Under the pieces are notes generated by a model that saw nothing but the letters and a program-made list of their open reading frames with translations, had not been told where the DNA came from and searched no databases. Shown here one piece after another: positions 33,854 to 45,930 of a stretch of 64,000 nucleotides of DNA (positions within the stretch are counted from its first letter, which is position 1; the number at the start of each line of letters is the position of its first letter). Source of the stretch: Candidatus Oxydemutatoraceae bacterium (GTDB lineage Bacteria > Pseudomonadota > Gammaproteobacteria > Poriferisulfidales > Oxydemutatoraceae); assembly GCA_965218975.1 (NCBI GenBank), contig OZ244717.1, positions 2,017,001-2,081,000 on the forward strand, written 5' to 3'. Position numbers and translations under genes: made by a program.

Positions 33854-35250
33854 TGACGAACATCAATAAAGTAACCATTGATGGCGGCGGCGGCGGCCAT
33901 CACCGGACTCACCAGATGAGTACGCCCGCCTTGCCCTTGTCTTCCTTCAAAATTTCGGTTTGAGGTTGAAGCGCAGCGCTCGCCGGCCCCGAGTTGATCA
34001 GGATTCATACCAAGGCACATCGAGCATCCCGGTTCTCGCCACTCAAATCCGGCGCTAACAAAGATATGATCAAGCCGCTCCTCTTCAGCTTTCTGCTTAA
34101 CCAAACCGGAACCAGGCACTATCAATGCTTGCTTAATATTTTTAGCAATTTTTTTGCCGGCAACTACTTTGGCTACGGCACGCAGATCTTCAATTCGAGA
34201 ATTAGTGCACGACCCGACAAATATCTTATCAATTTTAATATCTTGTATCGCAGTGCCGGGTTGTAAACCCATGTATCGTAACGCACGACGCATCCCATTA
34301 GCTTTGACTGCGTCAGGTTCGTTCGCCGGGTCGGGAACTCTTTCATCAACGGACACTGTCATCTCAGGCGTGGTGCCCCAAGTCACTTGCGGCGCAATAT
34401 CGGCAGCATTGAACCGCACTTCATTATCAAAGACAGCATCATCGTCAGATTTCAAACCGCTCCATGCAATCAACGCCTCATCAAGCAAAGCGCCTTTAGG
34501 CGCTTGCTTTTTCCCGCGGATATAAGCAGCGGTCACCTCATCAAACGCAATTAAGCCAGCACGTGCCCCCGCCTCAATTGACATATTGCATACCGTCATC
34601 CTCTGCTCCATAGAGAGACCGCGAATCGTACTGCCAGCATATTCCAAAGTACACCCGGACCCTCCGTCAACACCAATTCTCCGGATAATGCTAAGAATCA
34701 AATCTTTGGCAGTCACACCGAAAGGCAAATCGCCTTCAACAAGAATATGCATATTCTTGGCGCGGCGCATAACCAAACATTGCGTCGCCAATACATGCTC
34801 GACTTCGGAAGTTCCGATGCCTATCGCAAGCGCGGTGAGCGCGCCATGCGTTGAAGTATGCGAGTCACCACAGACAATTGTCATCCCCGGCAGAGTAAAC
34901 CCTTGCTCCGGACCAATCACATGCACAATCCCTTGTCGTTTGTCGGTCATACCGTAGAAAGTTAAGCGATGCTTCCGACAATTTTTTGCTAAGGTTTCAA
35001 TCTGCAATTTCGATACTACATCATCAATTTCACGACTACGATCGGTCGTGGGAACATTGTGATCAGGCACTGCAAGGATTGATTGCTTACGCCATATATC
35101 GCGCCCGGCCAAGCGCAGCCCGGCAAAGGCCTGTGGTGAAGTCACTTCATGCAGCAAATGGCGATCAATATAAATCAAACAATCACCGCTTGGATTCTGT
35201 CGCACCACATGGTCTTGCCAAATTTTGTCGTAAAGCGTTTGTGTCGTCAT
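33850..35250 (-). CDS. leuC: 3-isopropylmalate dehydratase large subunit
   Basis: [40 protein letters not shown]. Confidence 0.98.
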   Translation of the reverse strand: MTTQTLYDKIWQDHVVRQNPSGDCLIYIDRHLLHEVTSPQAFAGLRLAGRDIWRKQSILAVPDHNVPTTDRSREIDDVVSKLQIETLAKNCRKHRLTFYGMTDKRQGIVHVIGPEQGFTLPGMTIVCGDSHTSTHGALTALAIGIGTSEVEHVLATQCLVMRRAKNMHILVEGDLPFGVTAKDLILSIIRRIGVDGGSGCTLEYAGSTIRGLSMEQRMTVCNMSIEAGARAGLIAFDEVTAAYIRGKKQAPKGALLDEALIAWSGLKSDDDAVFDNEVRFNAADIAPQVTWGTTPEMTVSVDERVPDPANEPDAVKANGMRRALRYMGLQPGTAIQDIKIDKIFVGSCTNSRIEDLRAVAKVVAGKKIAKNIKQALIVPGSGLVKQKAEEERLDHIFVSAGFEWREPGCSMCLGMNPDQLGAGERCASTSNRNFEGRQGQGGRTHLVSPVMAAAAAINGYFIDVRQ

Positions 35251-35276
35251 AGAAGATATTTTAACAGTATCTGCAA

Positions 35277-36410
35277 CTAGATATGCGAAGTGAGCAGACG
35301 CTTTACTGCATTAAAATCAGGTTCAACCTTAACTAGGGTATCTTTGCCTTGCTCAATCGCGATTTGGCTATCTTTCAAACCGTGCCCGGTTAAAGTGCAA
35401 ACAACACGCGCGTTTTTTTTGATGCGGCCGGCTTGAGCATCTCTGATTAAACCGGCCAACGATGCCGCCGATGCAGGTTCACAAAAAATCCCTTCCGAAC
35501 TTGCAAGATTTTTTTGCGCAGTAAGGATTTCTTGATCACTCACTTCATTAAACCACCCTCCCGATTCACGAGCGGCAGTAACCGACTGCTGCCAACTTTG
35601 CGGATTGCCGATACGAATTGCGGTTGCGACCGTCTCAGGATGCGCCACTTTTGCACCGCGCAGAATCGGTGAAGCACCCCTCGCCTGATACCCCAACATT
35701 TTCGGCAGCTTATCTGTCACCTTCGGTCCGCCTCGCCATTTACCATTTAAGGCCTGCTGTGCCCAACGAATACATTCACTGTCTTGGCCCGCGGCTTCGG
35801 CATACCCCATCCAATACGCAGTGATGTTGCCAGCATTGCCGACCGGCAAACAATGATAGTCGGGCGCTCTCCCTAGCGCCTCAATCACTTCAAATGCTGC
35901 GGTTTTCTGTCCTTGCAAACGATAGGGATTCACCGAGTTGACCAACACCAAAGGCAAACTCGCCACTAGCTCTTTAACTAACGACATTCCTTGATCAAAA
36001 TTCCCGGAAATTTGCAGAATAAACGCACCTTGAATAATCGCCTGCGCCAACTTGCCTAGTGCAATCTTTCCGTCGGGAATCAACACGAATGCTTGCATGC
36101 CGGCACGGGCAGCATACGCGGCCGCCGACGCCGAAGTATTCCCGGTCGAGGCGCAAACCAATGCTTGTTTTTTTTCATAAAGCGCCTGTGTGACTGCAAC
36201 GGTCATACCACGGTCTTTGAACGAACCGGTAGGATTAAGGCCTTCATACTTAACGAATATGTCAAAATCAAGATGGTAGTGTTCAGAAAAATTTTTTAGC
36301 CGAATCAGCGGTGTGCTGCCCTCGTTTAAACTAACCGGCGTCACCTCCGCATGCAGCGGCAGCCGTTCACAAAAACGCTTGATCAATCCGGTATCATGCT
36401 CATCCATCAT
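35277..36410 (-). CDS. thrC: Threonine synthase
   Basis: [29 protein letters not shown]. Confidence 0.95.
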   Translation of the reverse strand: MMDEHDTGLIKRFCERLPLHAEVTPVSLNEGSTPLIRLKNFSEHYHLDFDIFVKYEGLNPTGSFKDRGMTVAVTQALYEKKQALVCASTGNTSASAAAYAARAGMQAFVLIPDGKIALGKLAQAIIQGAFILQISGNFDQGMSLVKELVASLPLVLVNSVNPYRLQGQKTAAFEVIEALGRAPDYHCLPVGNAGNITAYWMGYAEAAGQDSECIRWAQQALNGKWRGGPKVTDKLPKMLGYQARGASPILRGAKVAHPETVATAIRIGNPQSWQQSVTAARESGGWFNEVSDQEILTAQKNLASSEGIFCEPASAASLAGLIRDAQAGRIKKNARVVCTLTGHGLKDSQIAIEQGKDTLVKVEPDFNAVKRLLTSHI

Positions 36411-36439
36411 ATTTCTCTAGCGATCCGGTCCGGGCGCAC

Positions 36440-37750
36440 TCAGCAAAGCGATTCGGCACGCAAACGCACTACTTTTTCAAATACTTCAGGCAGTTGTTCA
36501 ATCTTATAAATCGCCCGGCGCATGTTTTTCTCGGCAACTTGATGCGTTAGCAACACCACCGGCACCGGTTGATTTTCATCATAAGGCTCTTTTTGCGAAA
36601 CCGCTTCGATACTGATATTCGAATCAGCCAAAATCTGAGTGATTTTTGCCAACACACCAAGCTTATCTTCAACCATCAAACGCAAATAATAAGCGGTGAT
36701 CACTTCATCCATATCAACAATACCAATATCGGATAAAGCATCGGGTTGAAAAGCGAGGTGCGGTACGTGATTTTCCGGATCAGCAGTCATCATCCGCACA
36801 ACATCAACCAAGTCGGCAATTACTGCCGAAGCAGTCGGTTGCGAACCGGCGCCCGAGCCGTAATATAAAGTGGGGCCGACCGCATCACCGGTTACGACTA
36901 CCGCGTTCATCACTCCGCTGACATTTGCCAATAAACGGGACTTCGGTATCAACGCAGGGTGGACGCGCAGTTCCACTCCTTGGCTAACACGCCGAACAAT
37001 GCCGAGGTGCTTAACCCGATAACCGAATTCCGCCGCGTGACGAATGTCTTGGTTATCCAAACCGGAAATACCCTCAATGTAGACTTTGTCGAATTGCAGA
37101 GGAATACCAAACGCAACCGATGCCATAATTGTCAGTTTGTGCGCAGCATCAATTCCATCAATATCAAAGCTAGGGTCAGCTTCAGCATAACCAAGCATTT
37201 GCGCATGCGCCAAAGCATCCTCAATACGACTTCCTTTCTGCTCCATTTCGGATAGTATAAAGTTGCAAGTTCCATTGATAATTCCCGCAAGCCATTGAAT
37301 CTGATTACCCGACAACCCTTCACGGATCGCTTTGACAATCGGAATACCGCCCGCAACCGCCGCCTCAAAAGTTACCATTGTCTCTCGGTCACGGGCACGC
37401 TTAAAAATTTCATTTCCATGCAATGCGATTAGCGCCTTATTCGCAGTCACTAAATGTTTGCCCGCATCCGTCGCAGCGAACGCAAGTTCCAGCGCAGTGC
37501 TCACTCCGCCAATTAGCTCAACAACAATATCAATGTCATCGTTCTTCACTGGTGTAAAAGGATCGTCAACCAATTCGATGCCCGTCAAATCAACCGGCCG
37601 TTTCTTGCATAAATCACGCGCCGAGGCCTGCACAACTTCTATCTTTCGTCCGGCACGACGAGCAATTTCATCGGCATTACGGCGCAATACCGAAATGACG
37701 CCACAACCGACAGTACCCAATCCGAGTATAGCTACTTTGGCAGGTTCCAT
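36440..37750 (-). CDS. hom: Homoserine dehydrogenase (with ACT domain)
   Basis: GLGTVG, TANKAL, EAAVAGGIP, GYAEADP. Confidence 0.96.
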   Translation of the reverse strand: MEPAKVAILGLGTVGCGVISVLRRNADEIARRAGRKIEVVQASARDLCKKRPVDLTGIELVDDPFTPVKNDDIDIVVELIGGVSTALELAFAATDAGKHLVTANKALIALHGNEIFKRARDRETMVTFEAAVAGGIPIVKAIREGLSGNQIQWLAGIINGTCNFILSEMEQKGSRIEDALAHAQMLGYAEADPSFDIDGIDAAHKLTIMASVAFGIPLQFDKVYIEGISGLDNQDIRHAAEFGYRVKHLGIVRRVSQGVELRVHPALIPKSRLLANVSGVMNAVVVTGDAVGPTLYYGSGAGSQPTASAVIADLVDVVRMMTADPENHVPHLAFQPDALSDIGIVDMDEVITAYYLRLMVEDKLGVLAKITQILADSNISIEAVSQKEPYDENQPVPVVLLTHQVAEKNMRRAIYKIEQLPEVFEKVVRLRAESLC

Positions 37751-37774
37751 ATCAACTCCTTGTGCACATTATCA

Positions 37775-38944
37775 CTAAAAAAGCGACTTAATATTACGCA
37801 CCGCTTGACGAATCCTTTGCGGGTTTTCTATTAAACTAAAACGAACAAATTGGTCACCGTGGTGACCAAAGCCGGTTCCCGGAGAGACCGCAACATGCGC
37901 CTGTTTCAATAATAACTTTGAAAATTCCAAAGATCCCAGCGCTTGATAGGGTTTCGGTATCGGAGCCCAAACAAACATGGTCGCCTTCGGTTTGTCTACT
38001 TGCCAACCGATCCTGCATAAGCTCTCGCACAACACGTCGCGACGTTCACGATAAGTGGCGCGAATATGATCAACGCATTCCTGAGAAGACTCCAGTGCGG
38101 TAATCGCCGCAACTTGCATCGGCGTAAATAAACCGTAGTCAAGATATGACTTTATCTTTGACAATGCGGCAACCAACTGACGGTTGCCGCACATAAAACC
38201 AATACGCCACCCGGGCATATTATAGGTTTTTGACATTGAATAGAACTCAGCCGCAATGTCTTTTGCTCCGGGCGCCTGCAAAATCGACGGGGGTTGATAA
38301 CCGTCAAACACAATCTCGGCATAAGCAATATCGTGCACTACCCAAATGCGGTGCTCTTTCGCCAAAGCAATTACTTGCTCAAAAAACCCCAATTCGACGC
38401 AATGCGTCGTCGGATTGCAGGGAAAATTCAGGATCAACATCCTCGGCTTCGGCCATGCTGCATGAATGGCCTGATCCAACACATCAATGAATTTCTCTTC
38501 CGATTCCAGCGGCAAATAAGTGATATCCGCACCGGCAATCACACAACCGTAGGGATGAATCGGATATGCCAGACTCGGCACCAAAACATTATCACCCGGA
38601 GACAGCATGGCAAGCGCAAGATGCGCGATTCCCTCTTTAGAACCGATGGTTACAATCGCTTCTTCTTCAAAATCAAGTTCAACATCAAATTTATCCTGAT
38701 ACCACCGACAAATAGCACGACGCAAACGCGGGATTCCGCGCGACATTGAGTAGCGATGAGTATCAGGACGTTGTACCACTTCAATCAACTTGTCGACAAT
38801 GTGCGTAGGTGTCGCAGCATCGGGGTTGCCCATGCCAAAATCAATGATGTCTCGACCTTGCAGACGCGCTTGCGCTTTCAGTTCATTGATGATATTAAAC
38901 ACATACGACGGCAAACGATCAATGCGGGTAAATTCACTCATCAA
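37775..38944 (-). CDS. alaC: Alanine transaminase (class I/II PLP aminotransferase)
   Basis: [27 protein letters not shown]; alaC-hom-thrC synteny. Confidence 0.88.
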   Translation of the reverse strand: MMSEFTRIDRLPSYVFNIINELKAQARLQGRDIIDFGMGNPDAATPTHIVDKLIEVVQRPDTHRYSMSRGIPRLRRAICRWYQDKFDVELDFEEEAIVTIGSKEGIAHLALAMLSPGDNVLVPSLAYPIHPYGCVIAGADITYLPLESEEKFIDVLDQAIHAAWPKPRMLILNFPCNPTTHCVELGFFEQVIALAKEHRIWVVHDIAYAEIVFDGYQPPSILQAPGAKDIAAEFYSMSKTYNMPGWRIGFMCGNRQLVAALSKIKSYLDYGLFTPMQVAAITALESSQECVDHIRATYRERRDVLCESLCRIGWQVDKPKATMFVWAPIPKPYQALGSLEFSKLLLKQAHVAVSPGTGFGHHGDQFVRFSLIENPQRIRQAVRNIKSLF

Positions 38945-38948
38945 GGAT

Positions 38949-39659
38949 TTATGTCGCGGTCAACGGTAGTAATTCCAATGGGTTCAGCAGACGGTCGTTT
39001 AAGCGTATTTCAAAATAAAGCGCCGGATAATTTTTCCGCGTCATACCCATCAATCCAATCTTCTGACCGGCAATAACCTGCTCATTTTCTTCGACCAACA
39101 GACGGTTATTGTGCGCATAAGCACTAAAATAACCCTTCTCATGTTGCAGAATAATCAATCCACCGTAGTCCTTAACGCCCGTCCCGCTATACACAACCGT
39201 TCCGGCATGTGCGGCAAATACATCTTGCCTGAATTTTCCCTGAATATAGATACCTTTTTTACAAACTCCCTGCTGGAAACGACATATCAATTGACCACGA
39301 GTCGGCCATACCCATTGTTGAACAGAAGCAGTATTAAGCAGGTCTTTTTGCACGGAAACTTTTTTCGCAGATGATGGTCGCTCTGCCGACAAATTTTTAT
39401 CGGGCGCAGTCAATCTTAGTTCCTGATCAGGATAAATAACGTATGGGGACCGAATATTATTCCAATGTGCGACATCCCGATAATCCAAGTCGTACAACCA
39501 TGCGATTACATGCAATGACTCCCCCTTACGCACGACATGCACTGCTCCGGATTCGGCTGTTGCGCCAGCCATTGACGACTCGTTCGGCTGCCAATATTGA
39601 TATGAAGAACTGCACCCCGCAATCAGGCATACAATCGTTAGCATAAAACCGTACCGCAT
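38949..39659 (-). CDS. nlpD: LysM/M23 lipoprotein NlpD
   Basis: Lipobox IAGC, LysM, WVWP, SAYAHN, LYFEIR; start placed at 39659. Confidence 0.9.
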   Translation of the reverse strand: MRYGFMLTIVCLIAGCSSSYQYWQPNESSMAGATAESGAVHVVRKGESLHVIAWLYDLDYRDVAHWNNIRSPYVIYPDQELRLTAPDKNLSAERPSSAKKVSVQKDLLNTASVQQWVWPTRGQLICRFQQGVCKKGIYIQGKFRQDVFAAHAGTVVYSGTGVKDYGGLIILQHEKGYFSAYAHNNRLLVEENEQVIAGQKIGLMGMTRKNYPALYFEIRLNDRLLNPLELLPLTAT

Positions 39660-40246
39660 CACAGCGCTCCAAGATAATAAACAAGTAAAAATACTACAAA
39701 CGCTATGACAGTCAACCACCCGAGTTGCTCAATTATTTTTTTCACTTTGGGCAATGCGATCGTACCCAAGTATCTGAATAACAAAGCAATCATTAAAAAA
39801 CGTCCTCCCCGCCCGATGAAAGATGCCACAACAAACAATGGGAAAGCCAATTGCAAAGCGCCGGCGGTGAATGTAAAAATTTTGTAGGGGACCGGACTAA
39901 ATCCGGCAATAATGACAATCATAACTCCCCATTGCTCAAATAAATGCTTGGCACTCAGGTACTCGTTCGCCCAGTGACTTGCAAGCAACCATGGTTCAAT
40001 GGCATCAAGAATGAAAAATCCTAATGCATACCCCAATATTCCGCCTAGCACTGAAAATGCGGTTGTCAACGATCCCAAATACAACGCATCGTGCGGTCTC
40101 GCCGCACACATAGGAGCCAACATCACGTCCGGCGGAACCGGAAAAGCTACCGCTTCGACGAAACTCAACCCATACAAATATTTATCCGCACTATCGTACG
40201 AAACCCAACGCAGAACTTTCTGATATAAGGGAGTAAAAACTTTCAT
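39659..40246 (-). CDS. yqaA: YqaA (DedA-family) membrane protein
   Basis: FPVPPDVMLAPM, GFSPVPYKIFT; pcm-yqaA-nlpD synteny. Confidence 0.88.
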   Translation of the reverse strand: MKVFTPLYQKVLRWVSYDSADKYLYGLSFVEAVAFPVPPDVMLAPMCAARPHDALYLGSLTTAFSVLGGILGYALGFFILDAIEPWLLASHWANEYLSAKHLFEQWGVMIVIIAGFSPVPYKIFTFTAGALQLAFPLFVVASFIGRGGRFLMIALLFRYLGTIALPKVKKIIEQLGWLTVIAFVVFLLVYYLGAL

Positions 40247-40255
40247 CTCTCACCT

Positions 40256-40909
40256 TCAAACCAAAGGCACAAATTTGACCGCTTCCAGGCGGCTTTCCCG
40301 GAAGCCAAATTTAGAACGCTCAACTAAAATCAGATGCTGCTCATGAGCCCCGCCCACCGGAACAGCCATTCTACCCCCGATAGAAAGCTGATCTATCAAT
40401 ATTGGCGGGACTCGTGCTGCTGCCGCTGTTACTATAATCGCGTCGAAAGGAGCATATTGCCGCCATCCATTACTACCGTCACCGCAACGAAAGTGCACAT
40501 TTTGTACATCTAGTTTGCGCAAGCGTTGTCGCGCTTTGTTGTGCAGCGCCCTAATCCTCTCAATCGTAAACACCCGCGCCACCAGTGCCGCTAGTACTGC
40601 CGCCTGATAGCCGGAACCCGTTCCCACCTCCAGTACTTTATCGGGCATATCTCCCGTAAGCAACAATTCCGTCATGCGTGCCACAATGTAAGGTTGTGAG
40701 ATAGTTTGATTGTAACCGATCGGCAAAGAGCAGTTCGCATAGGTAACTTCGGAAAGACTTTTATCCAGAAACAAATGACGAGGTACGGTAGTCATAGTCT
40801 GCAAAACACTTTCATTGGCGATTCCCTGTCTACGCAACTCGGAAACCAGCTTTAACCTGTCTTTCTTAAAATGATCGTTCACGCTATATGTTTTAATCCG
40901 ATACCGCAA
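40256..40909 (-). CDS. pcm: Protein-L-isoaspartate O-methyltransferase
   Basis: QTISQPY, VLEVGTGSGYQAA, APFDAIIVTAA. Confidence 0.96.
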   Translation of the reverse strand: MRYRIKTYSVNDHFKKDRLKLVSELRRQGIANESVLQTMTTVPRHLFLDKSLSEVTYANCSLPIGYNQTISQPYIVARMTELLLTGDMPDKVLEVGTGSGYQAAVLAALVARVFTIERIRALHNKARQRLRKLDVQNVHFRCGDGSNGWRQYAPFDAIIVTAAAARVPPILIDQLSIGGRMAVPVGGAHEQHLILVERSKFGFRESRLEAVKFVPLV

Positions 40910-41654
40910 ACCCGTTTAGCCACTGCTCCACATCTGCAATTGAGTGATGCCTGGTTAAATCAGGATGCAGCGGTGTTACTGAAACGATCCGATTTGCCAC
41001 CGCATAAAAGTCGGTACCCTCGCCTGCATCCTGTTTGCCGCCCTGCGCACCGACCCAATAAATTGTATTGCCGCGTGGGTCGGTTGAACGAATGACCGGT
41101 TCGGACACATGGCGATTACCGAGCCGAGTGCTTTGTATCCCTTTGAGTTCTTTTAACGAGCAATCCGGCACATTGATATTCAAAATAATATCTCCTGGCA
41201 ATGAGGCATGCCGCAGTTGTTTGACGATTCGACTGGTAATTTCGGCAGATAAATGCAAGCACTGCGGCGTTCCTTCCACCGCCGAAACTGCAAGCGCCGG
41301 CAGACCTAAAAATCGTCCCTCCATTGCAGCAGCAACCGTGCCGGAATAAATGACATCGTCGCCCAAATTTTCTCCGTGATTAATACCGGAAATAACCATA
41401 TCGGGGAGCTTATCCCGAAACAAGCCGGTGATTGCAAGATGCACGCAGTCTGTCGGCGTGCCGTCCACCGTATAAAAATTCTCCTGCAATTCAATCGCAC
41501 GTAAAGGCCGGGTCAAAGTGAGTGAATTGCTTGCGGCACTGCGGTCTTGATCGGGAACAACAGCAGTAACATCAGCAATCTGATATAAACTCTCAATCAG
41601 AATTTTCAAGCCCAAACTTTGGTAACCGTCATCATTACTCACCAAAATATGCAT
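40893..41654 (-). CDS. surE: 5'/3'-nucleotidase SurE
   Basis: ILVSNDDG, GTPTDCV, SGIN.G.N, YSGTVAAA. Confidence 0.97.
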   Translation of the reverse strand: MHILVSNDDGYQSLGLKILIESLYQIADVTAVVPDQDRSAASNSLTLTRPLRAIELQENFYTVDGTPTDCVHLAITGLFRDKLPDMVISGINHGENLGDDVIYSGTVAAAMEGRFLGLPALAVSAVEGTPQCLHLSAEITSRIVKQLRHASLPGDIILNINVPDCSLKELKGIQSTRLGNRHVSEPVIRSTDPRGNTIYWVGAQGGKQDAGEGTDFYAVANRIVSVTPLHPDLTRHHSIADVEQWLNGFAVSD

Positions 41655-41806
41655 CTCCGTTATAATCCCTGTTGTGATTGATACTATGCTGGTATAAGTT
41701 CGATAATACGGTATGAATCAATATGGTAGGATATACTTATGGTGTGTCTATTCCCTGACAGTAAAACACATTATACCGTCTCATTATAACAATACGACAA
41801 TCAATT

Positions 41807-42394
41807 ATGTCCTCACGCGATAGATCTGGAAAACTCGGCACAGGAAACAAAAGTCCGCAGAATTTTGCCGAGTCCGAATCATCGGATTTCCGCCAAATAA
41901 TGGAAAGTTTTGAACAGAAAAATAAAACTTCTTATCGTCCATTGTCTATGACCACTCAAATTCGAGCATCGACCGATGCTAAAACAGATGTGGCGAATGA
42001 AATGGAACTCGCTCGAAAAATCGCCCTTAGCAAAAGTAACCGCTCCGCGCCGGACATCTACAAAAAGCCGGGACTGCAAAACAGAGAGCTGCAACGCCTT
42101 AAACAGGGAAAAATATCAACAGGTAACTCGATTGATTTACATGGCAACACAGTTAAAGAAGCTTTGCCAAAATTAGCCGCCGCCATTCAACTCAGCAGAA
42201 AAAATCACTTACGCTGCATCTTGGTAATTTGCGGGAAAGGGTTACATTCACAGGACGGTAAAGCCGTACTCAGTAATACGATTCGCAATTGGTTAATCGC
42301 CTATCCCGATGCACTCGCTTATTGCCCGGCGAAGCCATGGGACGGTGATAGCGGCGCACTGTACGTACTACTCAAAGCAATTCGGAACGCATAA
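41807..42394 (+). CDS. Smr/MutS2-domain protein
   Basis: IDLHG, VICGKG.HS, GDSGALYVLL. Confidence 0.88.
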   Translation: MSSRDRSGKLGTGNKSPQNFAESESSDFRQIMESFEQKNKTSYRPLSMTTQIRASTDAKTDVANEMELARKIALSKSNRSAPDIYKKPGLQNRELQRLKQGKISTGNSIDLHGNTVKEALPKLAAAIQLSRKNHLRCILVICGKGLHSQDGKAVLSNTIRNWLIAYPDALAYCPAKPWDGDSGALYVLLKAIRNA

Positions 42395-43677
42395 TGCCGC
42401 CACAAAAACCGCACCGGCAAAATGCGCATACTGCCGACTGTACGGACGATTATGATCCCGCCTCTATATCAGTTCAACAAGCATCGCAAAGTATTTTAAA
42501 CGCGACCCAGACGGTGCAAGGTAATGAAATTTGCGCATTAAAATTAGCTCTCGGGCGTGTGCTAAGCGAAGACATCAAAGCGAATATGGATGTACCGGGA
42601 TACACTAACTCAGCGATGGACGGCTATGCGGTACGTTCGGTTGACATTCCAACCAGTGGTAGCGCCACGTTAAAGCAAATTGGCAACTCTTTTGCCGGAC
42701 ACCCGTTTAACGACACCGTCGCCACCGGTGAATGTGTCCGAATTATGACCGGTGCAGTCATGCCGATAGGTTGTGATACGGTGATCATCCAAGAAAAAGT
42801 GATCATCAAAGATGGCGCCATTGAAATTACCGCAGATAATCGTGCCGGACAAAATGTTCGGCACGCAGGTGAGGATATTGCCGCAGGGGCAAAAATTCTC
42901 AATTGCGGCAGGCGTATCCTGCCTGCCGATCTTGGTCTGCTCGCTTCCTGCGGTATTACGCAAGTCTCGGTCAAACGCAAACCGAAAATCGTGTTTTTCT
43001 CAACCGGCGACGAATTGATTCCTACCGGAGAGGCACTTGCTCCGGGGCAAATTTACGATAGCAACCGTTATACCTTATACGGGATGTTGACGCGGCTCGG
43101 AGGAGAAATCATTGACTTAGGCATTGTGCGAGACACACGCAAAGCGTTGACTGAGGCGTTACAAAGAGAAGCGCAATCGGCCGACGCAATTATCACTTCG
43201 GGAGGCGTTTCCGTCGGTGAAGCCGATTTGGTTAAAGAAACATTAGAACAATTGGGTCAAGTTAGTTTCTGGAAAGTTGCCGTAAAGCCGGGGCGTCCGG
43301 TCGCGTTCGGGCATATCAATCATGCACTATATTTCGGATTGCCGGGCAATCCGGTATCGGTGATGGTAGTGTTTTATATTTTGGTCCAACCGGCATTAAA
43401 GAAACTTGCCGGCGAGTCGCCGGTCGCTATGCCACGCGTGTTACGCGCGCAATGCACCGAGCCCTTACGTAAACGCCCCGGTAGAATCGAATATCAACGC
43501 GGCCATCTGACACAAAATGCACAGGGTGGTTACCAAGTTAGTAAAACCGGCGCACAAGGGTCGGGGATTTTAACATCCATGTCTCATGCGAATTGCTTTA
43601 TAGTATTGCCGGTAGAGCGACAGGCAGTTGCGGCGGGTAATTGGGTTGAAGTAATACCATTTGACGGATTAATTTAG
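42394..43677 (+). CDS. moeA: Molybdopterin molybdotransferase
   Basis: SAMDGYA, RIMTGA, STGDEL, SGGVSVG, GLPGNPVS. Confidence 0.96.
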   Translation: MPPQKPHRQNAHTADCTDDYDPASISVQQASQSILNATQTVQGNEICALKLALGRVLSEDIKANMDVPGYTNSAMDGYAVRSVDIPTSGSATLKQIGNSFAGHPFNDTVATGECVRIMTGAVMPIGCDTVIIQEKVIIKDGAIEITADNRAGQNVRHAGEDIAAGAKILNCGRRILPADLGLLASCGITQVSVKRKPKIVFFSTGDELIPTGEALAPGQIYDSNRYTLYGMLTRLGGEIIDLGIVRDTRKALTEALQREAQSADAIITSGGVSVGEADLVKETLEQLGQVSFWKVAVKPGRPVAFGHINHALYFGLPGNPVSVMVVFYILVQPALKKLAGESPVAMPRVLRAQCTEPLRKRPGRIEYQRGHLTQNAQGGYQVSKTGAQGSGILTSMSHANCFIVLPVERQAVAAGNWVEVIPFDGLI

Positions 43678-44291
43678 CCGCGAATAAAGCGCAGGCTAAA
43701 GCTGACCGGAATCACCGTCGGTATTTTAAACAGCTTAGCAATTTCCTGTAACGTTAAAAATCCTTCGGTCATCGCATATTGTGCCGCATCAACCAAGATC
43801 GGCTCAACGGTTTGCACCAGCAAACGATCAGTTTGTGTGCGCACAACAACCACCTTCCCCGACACCGTATGCGTAATATCACGCAAAGTAAGCTTTGCTT
43901 GCACATCACGAACTTCAACGGTGCCAACCGCCATCTCGTTCAGCAACTTTTGATCCACTGCCGTCGTAACGATGGCAATCGGGTAACGTCCGGATTGAAA
44001 CACATGCTCGGCGACACGGGTATCGCGGATTGGGATTTTTGTGTTGACGCTTGCTGTATTAACCACTAAAACCAGTTGATTATCGCGGATTTCGCCGCTA
44101 ACCTGCGCAAAAACGTTACTCTCAAATATCGCGGCAAAGTTTCCGCGCACTAGTTTGCTTGAAAGATATTGCAAAGATGAAGCCTCTCCGTCTAGCCTCC
44201 AGTCCGCCGCGACAACAGACGCATTCGCTAATAAGGCGATGATCAGAATTTTCACCCTTGCTATCTTAATCATTGTTTGCATCGTATCCAT
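43674..44291 (-). CDS. YceI-family exported protein
   Basis: Signal peptide, W.LD..ASSL, SVNT.IPIRD.R. Confidence 0.8.
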   Translation of the reverse strand: MDTMQTMIKIARVKILIIALLANASVVAADWRLDGEASSLQYLSSKLVRGNFAAIFESNVFAQVSGEIRDNQLVLVVNTASVNTKIPIRDTRVAEHVFQSGRYPIAIVTTAVDQKLLNEMAVGTVEVRDVQAKLTLRDITHTVSGKVVVVRTQTDRLLVQTVEPILVDAAQYAMTEGFLTLQEIAKLFKIPTVIPVSFSLRFIRG

Positions 44292-44356
44292 TAGCAGTGA
44301 GTGTTTATTTTACACAGTGAAACCGAACTTATTGTAGCCGAAACTCATCAAAAAAT

Positions 44357-44800
44357 TCAGCTTGGCGTGTTCTTCTCAACCCACCGTTCGGTCAAGAACT
44401 CGCCGCCGGCAAGTTTTTCCTTTTTCCAAAACGGAGCGTACGATTTTAGCTCTTCCATTATTTCGCGATTGGCAAGATAAGCTTCGCGCCGATATCGACT
44501 CCAGACAGCCACCAGCACAATCGCCTCATTCGGCTTAATTTCCCCGATACGATGAATCAGCAAAACATCGTCTAATTGATATTTCTGTGATATACGCTTC
44601 GTTACCTCTTCCAAATACGCCTGTGTCATCTGCGGATAGTGCTCAAGCTGCATGGAAATAACCGCATCACCTTGATTAAAATCACGCATCGTGCCAACAA
44701 ACACAGTAGTCGCACCATACCCTGAAAGATGTGTTTGCGCTTGATAATCATGCACTAATTGCCAAGGATCAAAATATTCCGTTAATATTTGAACTTTCAT
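44357..44800 (-). CDS. moaE: Molybdopterin synthase catalytic subunit
   Basis: FVGTMRD, LEHYP.MT, HRIG, LKSYAPFWKKE; start placed at 44800. Confidence 0.93.
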   Translation of the reverse strand: MKVQILTEYFDPWQLVHDYQAQTHLSGYGATTVFVGTMRDFNQGDAVISMQLEHYPQMTQAYLEEVTKRISQKYQLDDVLLIHRIGEIKPNEAIVLVAVWSRYRREAYLANREIMEELKSYAPFWKKEKLAGGEFLTERWVEKNTPS

Positions 44801-44893
44801 TTTCCGCTCCTTATCGTCGCATTCAACATCATTAGGAGTATAACATTTCACCGATGCGAATATTCGATCAAACAATCGTTTAGAATATACCCT

Positions 44894-45913
44894 ATGGATA
44901 CAATTACAGACCAATTGGACAGGCCACTACGCGACTTACGAATCTCGGTAACCGATCGGTGCAATTTCCGCTGCACGTACTGTATGCCGAAAGATTTCTT
45001 CCATCCGGGCTATAAATTCCTTGCTCGAACAGAGCTATTATCGTTTGAGGAAATCATTCGTATAAGCAAAATACTTGCCGCGATGGGTGTGCGAAAAATC
45101 AGGCTAACCGGTGGCGAGCCTCTCATACGCCGCAGTATTGAAATTTTAATCAAAAATTTGGCGGCAATTGAAAGCATCACCGACCTAGGTTTGACAACCA
45201 ACGGATCTTTGCTCAGCACAGAACGTGCGCAGGCGCTTAAACAAGCAGGACTCCAACGTATCACCATCAGCCTCGACTCTCTGGATCAAAACACTTTTAA
45301 AATGATCAATGACGTGAACATGTCGGTTGATACGGTACTGGCAGGGATAGAAAATGCGGCGGTGGCAGGTTTGCCGGTAAAAATCAACATGGTTGTGAAG
45401 AAAAAACTCAACGCAAAAGATATTTTGCCGATGGCGAAATATTTTCACAACACTCCGCATATCGTACGCTTTATCGAATACATGGATGTCGGCACGACCA
45501 ACCAATGGCAAATGAACGATGTGGTTTCCGCTAAAGAAATATTTGACATAATTGATGACGAACTCCCGCTAGAACCGACGGCAGCAAATTTCCAAGGAGA
45601 AGTCGCCCGTCGCTTTCGTTATCGCGACGGAGGCGGTGAAATAGGTATCATTGCCTCAATCACACAACCCTTTTGCAATGACTGTACCCGTTTGCGTATG
45701 TCGGCCGACGGACAACTTTACACCTGCTTATTTGCCAACCGAGGTTACGATGTAAAACGGTGGTTACGCAAAAATACCGATGATAAAGCCATCATGTCTC
45801 GACTCAAACAACTATGGAAACAACGTATTGATCGCTATTCGGAAACTCGCGACAAAACTTTACTGCGGCCACAACCTTTGCGCAAAGTTGAAATGTCCTA
45901 TATCGGCGGTTAA
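44894..45913 (+). CDS. moaA: GTP 3',8-cyclase
   Basis: LRISVTDRCNFRCTYCMP, FC..C.RLR, C-terminal MSYIGG; start placed at 44894. Confidence 0.97.
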   Translation: MDTITDQLDRPLRDLRISVTDRCNFRCTYCMPKDFFHPGYKFLARTELLSFEEIIRISKILAAMGVRKIRLTGGEPLIRRSIEILIKNLAAIESITDLGLTTNGSLLSTERAQALKQAGLQRITISLDSLDQNTFKMINDVNMSVDTVLAGIENAAVAGLPVKINMVVKKKLNAKDILPMAKYFHNTPHIVRFIEYMDVGTTNQWQMNDVVSAKEIFDIIDDELPLEPTAANFQGEVARRFRYRDGGGEIGIIASITQPFCNDCTRLRMSADGQLYTCLFANRGYDVKRWLRKNTDDKAIMSRLKQLWKQRIDRYSETRDKTLLRPQPLRKVEMSYIGG

Positions 45914-45930
45914 TCAGGCAACTCATACCG

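Noticed and set aside
44800-44894. Moco riboswitch between moaE and moaA
   Set aside because: The gap is only about 90 bp and shows no recognisable Moco RNA structure.
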